NCBI GenBank assembly: GCA_017509565.1 | Contig: JAFWPM010000115.1 | Span: 8,401-72,400 of the forward strand | Reading direction: 5' to 3' | Length of the DNA stretch: 64,000 bases | Origin: Kiritimatiellia bacterium | GTDB taxonomy: Bacteria > Verrucomicrobiota > Kiritimatiellia > RFP12 > JAAYLN01 | Shown here: in pieces, positions 1-8,312 of the stretch | Position numbering within the stretch: position 1 is the first letter of the stretch | Layout of the letters: the number at the start of each line of letters is the position of its first letter | Made by a program: the position numbers and the translations under genes | Notes under the pieces: generated by a model | The model's database searches: none | The model's input: the letters and a program-made list of their open reading frames with translations, nothing else | What the model was told of the DNA's origin: nothing

Positions 1-711
1 GCTCATGTAGGCCGGCGTCCCGTACACGTATTCGGAGCGCGAGGCCGCGGCCGCGCCCGCCTGCATGACGCGGGCGATGCCGAAGTCGATGATCTTGACG
101 ATGCCGTCGTCCGTGATGAAAATGTTCGCGGGGGTGAGGTCGAGATGCAGCACCCCGTGGCGGTGCGCGTGCCCGATCGCGTCGGCGGCGACCTGGATCA
201 GCTGCACGCCGAAGTCCCAGTCGAGGCCGGCCGGCGCGCCGGCGAGCAGTTTGGAAAGCGTCTGCCCCTTCAGCAGCTCCATGATGATCATGTAGCTGCG
301 CCCGCTGCGCTCAAGGTTGTAGATGCGGAGGATGTGGCGGTGGACAAGCGCGAGGTTGACCCGCACCTCGGCCTTCAGCGCGGATAGGGCGGCCGGGTCG
401 AGCACAAGCCTCGGCGAGAGTATCTTTATCGCCACCTCCATCTCAAGGATGTTGTCGAATGCCCGGACTACGCGGCCGGTTCCGCCCTCGCCGAGGACCT
501 CAAGGACCTCATAGCGCGAGCCGACATCCTCAAGCCGGAAGATTTCGCCCCTCTTCGTCGGGCGGTTGATGGCTATCTTCGCGAAGCGCGCCCTCATGGC
601 GGGATCCGCCGCCTCCCGCTCCTGCGCATGGGGCGGGGAAGCCGCGGCGCCGCCCCTCGAGCGCTCGGCCATGATCGCGTCAATCTGCGATTTTCTGACG
701 ACTATCGCCAT
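1..711 (-). CDS. Ser/Thr protein kinase, N-terminal catalytic part; the gene continues past the window start
   Basis: The minus-strand translation from ATG 709-711 reads MAIVVRK...GEGGTGRVVRAF...VAIKIL...HRHGVLHLDLTPANIFIT...IIDFGIAR...GTPAYMS. These are the Hanks kinase motifs (Gly loop, VAIK, HxDLxPxN, DFG, APE-like). It is not in the ORF list because there is no stop in the window. Confidence 0.8.
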   Translation of the reverse strand, partial: MAIVVRKSQIDAIMAERSRGGAAASPPHAQEREAADPAMRARFAKIAINRPTKRGEIFRLEDVGSRYEVLEVLGEGGTGRVVRAFDNILEMEVAIKILSPRLVLDPAALSALKAEVRVNLALVHRHILRIYNLERSGRSYMIIMELLKGQTLSKLLAGAPAGLDWDFGVQLIQVAADAIGHAHRHGVLHLDLTPANIFITDDGIVKIIDFGIARVMQAGAAAASRSEYVYGTPAYMS

Positions 712-712
712 T

Positions 713-1180
713 TCACTCGCCGCCTTTGGCCGCCGGCTGCGGCGTCGGGGTGGTGGCTGGCGGCGTGAAGGCGCTCATGCAGATGGCCTCCGCCGCCAGG
801 TCGCCGTCGACGTAGCATCTCCCCTTTATCTTTACGACATTGCGCTTGAGCTTGAGGATTTCCGCCTCAAGGTCAAGGCGCTCTCCGGGACGCACGATGC
901 GGTGGAACTTCGCGCCGTCGAAGGTCATGAGAATGAAGTTCGATCCGCGCGGGACCATCTTGCCCCTCACGAGGCCGGCGCCGGCGCACTGCGCCATCGC
1001 CTCCAGGAGGATGACGCCCGGGACGATTGGGTTGCCGGGGAAATGGCCCGCGAAGAAGGGCTCGTCCGGACGGAACACGCGATGCCCGACAACGAGCCGC
1101 CCCTCCCTCAGGACGCTCACTTCGTCCACGAAGAGGAACGGCGCGCGGTGCGGCAGGAATTCTTCAATCAGGTTAGGCAT
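713..1180 (-). CDS. fabZ: 3-hydroxyacyl-ACP dehydratase
   Basis: 155 aa with the FabZ hot-dog motifs LPHRAPFLFVDEV, HFPGNPIVPGVILLEAMAQ. Its stop is 2 nt before the kinase start. Confidence 0.9.
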   Translation of the reverse strand: MPNLIEEFLPHRAPFLFVDEVSVLREGRLVVGHRVFRPDEPFFAGHFPGNPIVPGVILLEAMAQCAGAGLVRGKMVPRGSNFILMTFDGAKFHRIVRPGERLDLEAEILKLKRNVVKIKGRCYVDGDLAAEAICMSAFTPPATTPTPQPAAKGGE

Positions 1181-1192
1181 GGGTGCGGGAGG

Positions 1193-2443
1193 CTAGTCCC
1201 TGACTTTCCTTAGGACGAGGACGCCGTTGTGGCCGCCGAACCCCAGCGACCCGGAAAGCGCCACGTCGATGCTGCCCTGGACCCCGACGTTGGCGACGTA
1301 GTCGAGGTCGCAGCCGGCTTCGAGGTCGGGTTCGTCGAGGTTGATTGTCGGCGGGTAGAATCCATCCTTTATGGCCAGCGCGCAGATCAGGGCCTCAAGG
1401 GCGCCGGACGCGGCGATCAGGTGGCCGGTCATGCTCTTGGAGGAGGAGACCTTCATCTTGTAGGCATGGTCGCCGAACGCGCCCTTGAGCATCTTGGTCT
1501 CTATCGGGTCGTTCATCGGCGTCGAAGTGCCGTGGGCGTTGTAGTACTGGACCTCCTCGGGGCGGATGCCGGCATCCTGGAGCGCAAGACGTATGGCGCG
1601 GATGCCCTGCTCGGCGGAGGGGTCCGGCGCCGTCAGGTGGTAGGCGTCGCAGGAGAGCCCGTAGCCGGCGAGTTCGGCGTAGATTTTGGCCCCGCGGGCC
1701 TTTGCGTGTTCGTAGTCCTCCAGGACGAGCATTGCCGCGCCCTCGCCCATGACGAAGCCGTCGCGGGACTTGTCAAACGGGCGCGAGGCCTTTTCCGGGT
1801 TCTCCACGCGGGTGCTGAGGGCGTGGATTATGCTGAAGCCGGCGATGGAGAGCCCGGCTATGCACGCCTCGGTGCCTCCGGTTACGCAGATGTCGCAGCG
1901 GCCGAGGCGCATCATGTCCAGGGCCGAGCCGATGGCGTCGGAGCCTGAGGTGCACGCGGTCATCGTCGTAAGCGCGAAGCCCTTGAATCCAAGCTCCTTG
2001 GATATGTTGGCGGCCGCCTCGTTGGCTATGAGTTCCGGAACGGTCAGCGGCGGTATGCGGCGCGGCCCCTGGTCGAGGAGCTTGCGCAGGGAGGCGTCGA
2101 TGACGTCGAACCCGCCGACTCCGTTGCCGATCGACACGCCGACGCGCTCAGGATCGTAGTCCCTGCCAGCCTCAAGGCCGGAGTCGCGGAAGGCCTGGAC
2201 GGCCGCCGCAACGGCGAACTGCGAGAAGCGCCCCATCTTGCGGGCGCTTTTGGGATCCATCCAGGCATTGGGGTCGAAGTCCTTGACCTCCGCGGCAATC
2301 TTGACATCATAGTCTGTCGTGTCAAAGGAGGTAATGTAGCCGACGCCGCTCTTGCCCGCGCGCACGTTGCGCCAGGTGTCTTCAAGAGTGTTGCCGACAG
2401 GGTTGACCGTCCCCATGCCGGTTATTACGATTCTTCGGTTCAT
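1193..2443 (-). CDS. fabF: beta-ketoacyl-ACP synthase II
   Basis: 416 aa; active-site region TTMTACTSGSDAIG, later HGTSTPMNDPIE and GHLIAASGALE, and a C-terminal GFGGHN, all typical of KAS II. Confidence 0.9.
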   Translation of the reverse strand: MNRRIVITGMGTVNPVGNTLEDTWRNVRAGKSGVGYITSFDTTDYDVKIAAEVKDFDPNAWMDPKSARKMGRFSQFAVAAAVQAFRDSGLEAGRDYDPERVGVSIGNGVGGFDVIDASLRKLLDQGPRRIPPLTVPELIANEAAANISKELGFKGFALTTMTACTSGSDAIGSALDMMRLGRCDICVTGGTEACIAGLSIAGFSIIHALSTRVENPEKASRPFDKSRDGFVMGEGAAMLVLEDYEHAKARGAKIYAELAGYGLSCDAYHLTAPDPSAEQGIRAIRLALQDAGIRPEEVQYYNAHGTSTPMNDPIETKMLKGAFGDHAYKMKVSSSKSMTGHLIAASGALEALICALAIKDGFYPPTINLDEPDLEAGCDLDYVANVGVQGSIDVALSGSLGFGGHNGVLVLRKVRD

Positions 2444-2461
2444 GATGCCTTATATTCTACA

Positions 2462-3430
2462 CTATTGGCAATTTCTTGGCAAATCCCGGAGGCGGGCGAC
2501 AAGGTCGATAGCCTCCGCAAGAAGCTCCGGTTTCCGCTCCGGGGGAGCGTCGCGGTAGCCATCCACGCATATCAGGCGGCCCGAATATCCCATGCGCATC
2601 CCCGGGCACGCATTCCCGCATCCGGCCACATCCGGCCCGTCCAGGCATTCGCCCGCCCAGGCCGGCGCGCCGTCGGTCACCACCACGCGCTTCCCGCGCT
2701 CCAGCGCCTCGGCCACGACAAGCCCGAAGTTCTCGCTGAGCGACGGCAGGACAAGCGCGTCGCACCAGTCCCATGCGCGCTCCTTTCCGTCGCCGGCGGC
2801 ATTTGTGACGATCCGCAGTTCCGCGCCGCGCCGGCCGGGACGCCCCGGCCGCGCGGGGGAGTTGTGGATGCCCGCCGCCTTCTCAAGGTATTCGACGCCC
2901 TTAAGCGGATGCCGGCGGCCCAGGTACAGCAGATGGAGCGGGCGGGCATCTTCGCCGGCCATGGATTGCGCCCGGCCGCAATCGACCGGCGACGGGCCGC
3001 GGGGCAACCTGAAAAAGCGCTTCAAGTCCAGGATTTCAATCCGCCCCGCGCGCGGCTCGAAGGCGCGAATCCAGTCCGCCTCGGCCTCGCATGTCGCGAC
3101 CACTTTCCAGGCCCGCCTGAGAAAATAGCGCTCTATCGGCGCGACTAGGCGCTTTTTCAGCGGGCTTTGCCGCTTGAGATATATTGGCGAGAGGCTCCCG
3201 TGCGTCATGCGGATGAGGCGGCACCCCCGCCCGAGGGTCCTCCAACAGGCCAGCCAAAGGCACGGCAGCCACATTCCATGCACCCAGACCTCGCGGTCCC
3301 CCTCGAATGCCGCGGACTTCCAGTGGCAGGAGTCCGCGACCTCGGCGCCGCCCTGCTCCCCGGCCAGCAGGCGCGCGACCACCGCCATTCCGTTCGCGGC
3401 ATCCCCGGCGCCGGGGACTATGTGCAGCAC
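2462..3430 (-). CDS. glycosyltransferase, GT4-like (group 1)
   Basis: The C-terminal half has the GT-B motifs (NFGLVVAEALERGKRVVVTD). The N-terminal Rossmann begins VLHIVPGAGDAANGMAVVARLL. The likely start is GTG 3428-3430, 3 nt after the upstream stop with GAGG 5 nt upstream. The 396-aa ORF annotation includes an Arg-rich false N-terminal extension. Confidence 0.7.
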   Translation of the reverse strand: MLHIVPGAGDAANGMAVVARLLAGEQGGAEVADSCHWKSAAFEGDREVWVHGMWLPCLWLACWRTLGRGCRLIRMTHGSLSPIYLKRQSPLKKRLVAPIERYFLRRAWKVVATCEAEADWIRAFEPRAGRIEILDLKRFFRLPRGPSPVDCGRAQSMAGEDARPLHLLYLGRRHPLKGVEYLEKAAGIHNSPARPGRPGRRGAELRIVTNAAGDGKERAWDWCDALVLPSLSENFGLVVAEALERGKRVVVTDGAPAWAGECLDGPDVAGCGNACPGMRMGYSGRLICVDGYRDAPPERKPELLAEAIDLVARLRDLPRNCQ

Positions 3431-3435
3431 GCCTC

Positions 3436-4245
3436 TCAAAGCGTCTCCCCCACCCTTGGCCAGGCGCCGAGGACGCGCCCCAGGTTTTCCTGGAAGGTTA
3501 CGCCCTCCAGCGCCATGTTCCGGCATGGGCCGATTTCGTAGCCTTTTCTCGTGTAGAGCGTCTTCAGCCCGAACCCGGCGGCCACTGCGTCCAGCTCCGG
3601 CGTCCCGCGGCCGAATGGCCACGCCAGCCACTTGGGCCTGCGGCCGGTCCACTCCGCCAGAGTCTCCTGGGCCCGTTCGATTTCACCCGCGACTTCCCCG
3701 GCGGGCCTGTGCGGCGCCGAAAGGTGGCTCCAGGTATGGTTCTCAACGGACAGTAGCGGATGCCCGGACAATGAGGCGATGTCCTCCGCCGAGAGGAGGC
3801 TCCGGCCAGGACCGCGGCGCGTGGCGCGCGCGGCCGCCCCCGCCAGCCGCGCGTTGCGCTCGGCCTCGGGCAGCGGGTACCACGAGCGCCAGACTTCCGC
3901 CGGGACGCCAAGCCGCATGGCCTCCTCCGTCCAGACGTTGCCACGGAGCGTCTGGCCGGGGGCGATGAAAACTAGCGCATGGACATTGTATTTCTCCAGA
4001 ATCGGGACGCTCTCCGCCAGCGTGGCCCAGCCGTCGTCAAATGTCAGCCACAGGGAGTCCAGCACGCCGTTGCGCCCCAGCCAGGAGAGAATGCCCTCCA
4101 GCCGGGCGGGAGGGAGCGCATGTACTACCACCGGCAGGCGCCACCCGGCCTTCAGCCGCCCGACAACCCTGCGCCTTGCGCCCGCGAGGGCGTATGCCGC
4201 GGCGACAAGCCATCCTGTCATTCCACGTGCGAGCATTTCTGCCAC
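3436..4245 (-). CDS. polysaccharide deacetylase (CE4, NodB homology domain)
   Basis: LTFDDGWATL ... VENHTWSHLS is the NodB signature. Confidence 0.8.
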   Translation of the reverse strand: MAEMLARGMTGWLVAAAYALAGARRRVVGRLKAGWRLPVVVHALPPARLEGILSWLGRNGVLDSLWLTFDDGWATLAESVPILEKYNVHALVFIAPGQTLRGNVWTEEAMRLGVPAEVWRSWYPLPEAERNARLAGAAARATRRGPGRSLLSAEDIASLSGHPLLSVENHTWSHLSAPHRPAGEVAGEIERAQETLAEWTGRRPKWLAWPFGRGTPELDAVAAGFGLKTLYTRKGYEIGPCRNMALEGVTFQENLGRVLGAWPRVGETL

Positions 4246-5726
4246 TCCCCGACAATTTTGCGTATTGGCCCATTCCTGTCTGTGGCGACCATCTCCACCG
4301 ACAGCCCGCGCGGAAGCGTGTCGAGGACGCGCCGCTCGACGCCCTTCCCTGCTATCCGGCAGCTGAACACCAGCTCCTTCAGCGTATCGGGCGTCCAGGC
4401 CACAAAGCCCACAATCCCGAAATCACCGTATTTGTCATGCGCGGCCACGGCCCTGCACCGGGCGGAGCCGAGCAGCTCCGCGAAGGCGCCTTCGCCATAG
4501 CGGCGGGCGGTCAGCGTCAGCTGGTTCGTCCTCTGGACGAGCTCCCGGCACCTTGCGGCGACTTCTCCGCCGGGCCTGACCTCCACCAGCTCCACCTCCA
4601 GCCCGCTCGCCGCCAGGAACGCCTCGGCGTCCCCGCCGAAGTCGCGCTCAATCGCAAGGCCCCGCCCCATTTCCTCGCGGTACATCCTCCGCCTTGCCGA
4701 ACCCATAGGCGACGCCTCCCGGCAGACATCTTCGACAAACCGCCCCGCCTCCTCCGGGGGCATGACGGCGACCCCGCGGCACTCCTCCGCGACTTCCGCG
4801 CGCTCGTGCCCCGTGTCGTCCACGAAGGCTATTGCGTCCATGCCGATGTTCATCTGCCTGGCCAGGCGCGCAATGGCCACGCTTTTCGCCCCCCAGCCGA
4901 TTTGCGGGTACACGAAGTATTCCTCAATCCCTAGGCGCTTCAGGGCGTCGATTGCCGCGCCGGCGTCGTTCTTGCTTACAACCGAATTGACTATGCCGGA
5001 GGAATCAAGCCGCTTGACCAAATCCACGGCCCAGTCGCGCGGCCTTATCCCGGAGAACCCGTCCTCCGCCAGGGTGCCGTCCCAGAGGGTGCCGTCAAGG
5101 TCCCACGCCACGCACTTCACCATCGGCGGCTTTTCGTCTGTCAGGGCCAGTCCGCGGAAGGTGACGCCGCCGGCCGTCCCGTCGTAGCTAGATATCCTGA
5201 AGAGCGCCCCCTCCCCGACACCGGGGAGCCGCCATTTCACGCTTTCCGGCACCCCGGCGCGCAGGTGCAGGACACGGCGGAACAGCTCGGCCCCGCCGGC
5301 GTCAGCCACGCCCGCGACAAGCGTCTCGTCGCAGGAGGCCAGGCATTCCATCCGCCACACGGTGGGGCTCCTCCCTGTCCGTGCGCACATTCTCGCAATG
5401 CGCCAGCGGAGGCTGCGCCACAGCCTGTAGGCCCGCGGACCAAGGGCGAGCGCGACAGGTTCGGCCACTCCGTTCGCGAGCAGGAGCGCCCTCCGCACCC
5501 ACTCCGGCGCCATGCGCCCGTGCCAGAGAAGTTCAAGCTTCCCCCACGGGCGGAATGAGATTGTCCGCTCGCCGGTCAGGAGCTCGCGGATGCCCTGGCC
5601 GGAATCGGCGGAAAAGCGCCCGCACCGGCCCGTCCTCGACTGGACGTGCCTGGGGCAGCTGGCGTAGCACTCCGGCTCGCCGCACTCAATGCAATGCTCC
5701 TCCCAGAAATCTGCAACCGTTTTCAT
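4218..5726 (-). CDS. FkbH-like HAD-IIIC domain protein with an N-terminal Cys-cluster domain
   Basis: Central KCVAWDLDGTLWDGTLAEDG ... SKND matches the HAD-IIIC/FkbH signature. The N-terminal ~200 aa carry CIECGEPECYASCP (CxxCx4Cx3CP, ferredoxin-like). The C-terminal region resembles the FkbH/acyltransferase-like part. The ATG at 5724-5726 overlaps the upstream stop (ATGA). Confidence 0.7.
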   Translation of the reverse strand: MKTVADFWEEHCIECGEPECYASCPRHVQSRTGRCGRFSADSGQGIRELLTGERTISFRPWGKLELLWHGRMAPEWVRRALLLANGVAEPVALALGPRAYRLWRSLRWRIARMCARTGRSPTVWRMECLASCDETLVAGVADAGGAELFRRVLHLRAGVPESVKWRLPGVGEGALFRISSYDGTAGGVTFRGLALTDEKPPMVKCVAWDLDGTLWDGTLAEDGFSGIRPRDWAVDLVKRLDSSGIVNSVVSKNDAGAAIDALKRLGIEEYFVYPQIGWGAKSVAIARLARQMNIGMDAIAFVDDTGHERAEVAEECRGVAVMPPEEAGRFVEDVCREASPMGSARRRMYREEMGRGLAIERDFGGDAEAFLAASGLEVELVEVRPGGEVAARCRELVQRTNQLTLTARRYGEGAFAELLGSARCRAVAAHDKYGDFGIVGFVAWTPDTLKELVFSCRIAGKGVERRVLDTLPRGLSVEMVATDRNGPIRKIVGEWQKCSHVE

Positions 5727-6790
5727 CTTCCAAGCACCGCGTCAAGCCAGACGGCCGCCCTGGCCGCCGGAGTCCATGCCTCATGGGCCGCCATCGCGCC
5801 GGCCCTCGCGCCGGCCAGGCGGCCGGCGTCATCCGCGAAGCCCCCCAGCGCCGACGCCAACTCCCCGGCGTCCCCGGGGGCGAATGTGGCCCCGCATCCG
5901 AACTGCCCGACGAGCCATTCCGCGCCCATGCCCCTGCTTACGACAACCGGGAGCCCGGCGTGGATGGCGTCGTTCACCCTTATTCCCCACGGTTCGCATA
6001 TCCCGCACGCGACAAAAACGTCCGCCCAGCCATACAGCGCGGGCATTTCCCCGGCAGGAGCCTTCCCTCCCGTGCGCCGGAGTTCCACCCGGCGGCCCCC
6101 CGCGCGCAACGCCGCGACAGCCCTTTCGAGGGTGGCCACGCCCCTGTATGGCGCCTCCATCCCGGTGTGCAGGATTTTCAGCGGCCCGCCGGAGGCGGCC
6201 CGGGAGCCCGCCGCCGGATGGCATCCGCTGTCGTCGCTCGCATACCCGAATGGCACGATTTTTTCCGCAGGCCAGCCAAGCCGGCGCAGCTCCGCGACGC
6301 CGCTCCGCCCGCTTGCGTTCAGAAACAGGTCCGCCGAACCGACGACGCCCCGCACCTTCAGCGGCAGCATCCAGCGGTAGTACAGGCGCTTCAGCATGGC
6401 CTTCGCCCCGACGCACATCGGGCACGGGGCCTCCGCGCTGACGACGACCCTCGTGCCACCGCGCTTCGCCTCCACCGCCAGCCGCCGCCACACGGCCGAA
6501 TTCTGGTAGACGCAGAATACCTGGACCGTCCCGCGCCCACCATGCGCCGCAAGCAGTTCGCGCCCCCTTTCCAGGCTGTCGCCAACCGGGACGGCCGAGA
6601 GGTCTGAGTATTCCCCCTTCGCCTGGCCCTGCGCCTCGCGAAGCCTCCGTACCCCGTCGGTTTCGCCGTATTTCCAAAGGGCAACCGTCACCGGTACGCC
6701 GGCCTGGCGCCGCACCTCGCGGTACAGCGCCATGTTCGAACGGCACTCGCTGTGCGCCCAGATCACTATTTCCCGGACGGCGTCGCTCAT
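5723..6790 (-). CDS. glycosyltransferase (GT-B fold, group 1-like)
   Basis: C-terminal VFVACGICEPWGIRVNDAIHAGLPVVVSRG resembles the GT4 EX7E region. The true start is probably MSDAVREIV (ATG 6788-6790), which overlaps the upstream TGA (ATGA). Confidence 0.65.
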   Translation of the reverse strand: MSDAVREIVIWAHSECRSNMALYREVRRQAGVPVTVALWKYGETDGVRRLREAQGQAKGEYSDLSAVPVGDSLERGRELLAAHGGRGTVQVFCVYQNSAVWRRLAVEAKRGGTRVVVSAEAPCPMCVGAKAMLKRLYYRWMLPLKVRGVVGSADLFLNASGRSGVAELRRLGWPAEKIVPFGYASDDSGCHPAAGSRAASGGPLKILHTGMEAPYRGVATLERAVAALRAGGRRVELRRTGGKAPAGEMPALYGWADVFVACGICEPWGIRVNDAIHAGLPVVVSRGMGAEWLVGQFGCGATFAPGDAGELASALGGFADDAGRLAGARAGAMAAHEAWTPAARAAVWLDAVLGR

Positions 6791-7553
6791 CGTATGATCC
6801 TGTCGATTGCGACGCCAAGGCACCGCACGGCCTTGTGCAGGGCGCGCCGCGCCGGCGCCATGTCCGCGACAAACACCGTGCCGGGGTCGATGGTGTCCGA
6901 ATCAAAGCCGGCGCCGCGCGTGTTCTCGCCGTAGCGGTCCTGCGAGCAGACCAGCGGATTGGCGTCGTAGAGGCCGATGCCGCCAAGCCGCGCGAGCCGC
7001 CCCCAGTTGTCTATTGTCTCGTATGCAGCGGGGTGTTCACTTCAAGAAGGCGCCCCGCGGCTTCGGCGTTCAGGACGTATGCGCTCGCCGCCGACGCGTC
7101 CCGGACCTGGGAAAACGAAAATGGCGCGTCGGCCGGTCCCGGCTCCGCCCGTCCGCCGTATGGGGCGATCAGGAGGACTTTCGGCGCAGCGCCGGCATTC
7201 AGGAAATCCCGCGCCGCATCAAGCATTTCCGGGAACCGCCCCGAAAGTTCGATGTCGTCCTCAAGGATGCAGGCGAAGGGGATTTTCTCCGCGACCATGC
7301 GCCGGTAGACCGACTGGTGCGAAAGCGCGCAGCCTATTTCGCCATCGCGCGCCCGGTAGCCCCTGGCGCACCACCACCTGAACCGCGAGACGGCCTTCTC
7401 GCGCTCCGCCTCCGGCATGGCGCGGCCATCGCCGCCTTCGACGCGCTCGCACTCCAAGCCAAGCCTTTCGAATTGCCGCTCCATGAAGGCGCGGCGTTCA
7501 GGCCGACGGTCGAGGTTTATGTAAAATGCGCGCATTGCGGTGTCTGGCTGCAC
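6787..7553 (-). pseudogene. GT25-family LPS/LOS glycosyltransferase, frameshifted (or sequencing error) near a G4 run at 7030-7033
   Basis: The N-terminal 180 aa (MRAFYINLDRRPERR...GEIGCALSHQSVYRRMV...ACILEDDIEL) are the GT25 (Lic2A/LgtB-like) signature and end at TAG 7011-7013. The other frame continues open from 7041 to TGA 6787-6789 (…ETIDNWGRLARLGGIGLYDANPLVCSQDRYGE…VAIDRIIR). It has normal GC3 codon usage and is ATGA-coupled to the next gene. Confidence 0.6.
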
Positions 7554-7562
7554 GGGAGGGCG

Positions 7563-8312
7563 TCAGCGGCGCAGGAGCCTGTAGCCGAAATTGGCAATCC
7601 ACTCCTTAAACGCCATCGAGTTGCGGAGAAGCGCGTCCGCCGCCGGCCGGAAATCCTTGTAGTCAAGGGGCAGGCCCTGGTTGAGCGACATGTCGTAGTC
7701 GGCGGCGCACGGGACTACGTCGAGGCCGGCGCGGCGGAACAGCAGCAGGGCGCGGCGCATGTGCCACGCGCTCGTCACGAGGATGATTTTGGCGCCGGGC
7801 CCGAACTCCTCCTTTATGCGCCCCGCCTCCTCCTCCGTGTTGCGGGGCGTGTCGTAAATCGAAATGGCCGCCTGGGGGACGCCAAGGTCCACAAGAAGAG
7901 GCACCGTGCTGTCAAGCGTCCCGGCGCCGGTGAGAACCACCCTCCTGGCCTTCCCGGCACGGTACACCCTCGCCCCCTGCCATACGCGGTCGGCCGCGGA
8001 ATACATCTCCGCCACGCCATAGTGCGCGTTGACCGTCATTCCACCGCCGAGTATGAGCACGGCGTCCGCTTCCGGAAGATCGGCCACGGCCACCGTCTCG
8101 CAGGCGTCCAGCGGCTGCGCGAATATCCTCACGGCGCCATTCGTCCCCCAGAACCAGAGCCAAATGAAGGCAAGGGCCGACGCCGCCATGGCGCACTGGC
8201 GGCGCCGGAGCATCCCGGCGGCCAGCGACGCCGCGACAAGCATCAGGCAAACTCCCACGGGACTCGCCACCCCGTCCACGATTTTGTTGATCCAGTATGA
8301 CATCCTACGCAA
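7563..8312 (-). CDS. DUF218 / YdcF-ElyC-SanA family membrane-associated protein
   Basis: N-terminal TM segments, then ILGGG ... ILVTSAWHMRRA, which is the DUF218 core. Confidence 0.7.
   Translation of the reverse strand: MRRMSYWINKIVDGVASPVGVCLMLVAASLAAGMLRRRQCAMAASALAFIWLWFWGTNGAVRIFAQPLDACETVAVADLPEADAVLILGGGMTVNAHYGVAEMYSAADRVWQGARVYRAGKARRVVLTGAGTLDSTVPLLVDLGVPQAAISIYDTPRNTEEEAGRIKEEFGPGAKIILVTSAWHMRRALLLFRRAGLDVVPCAADYDMSLNQGLPLDYKDFRPAADALLRNSMAFKEWIANFGYRLLRR

Noticed and set aside
65-514. Plus-strand ORFs at the window start (65-295, 145-387, 323-514)
   Set aside because: The minus strand there encodes a clean Hanks-type kinase domain with all catalytic motifs, so the plus-strand ORFs are shadows.
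2462-3652. Full 396-aa extent of the GT4 ORF
   Set aside because: The first ~74 aa overlap the deacetylase gene and are junk-like. The Rossmann start VLHIV with a GTG and a GAGG ribosome-binding site at 3430 is more plausible.
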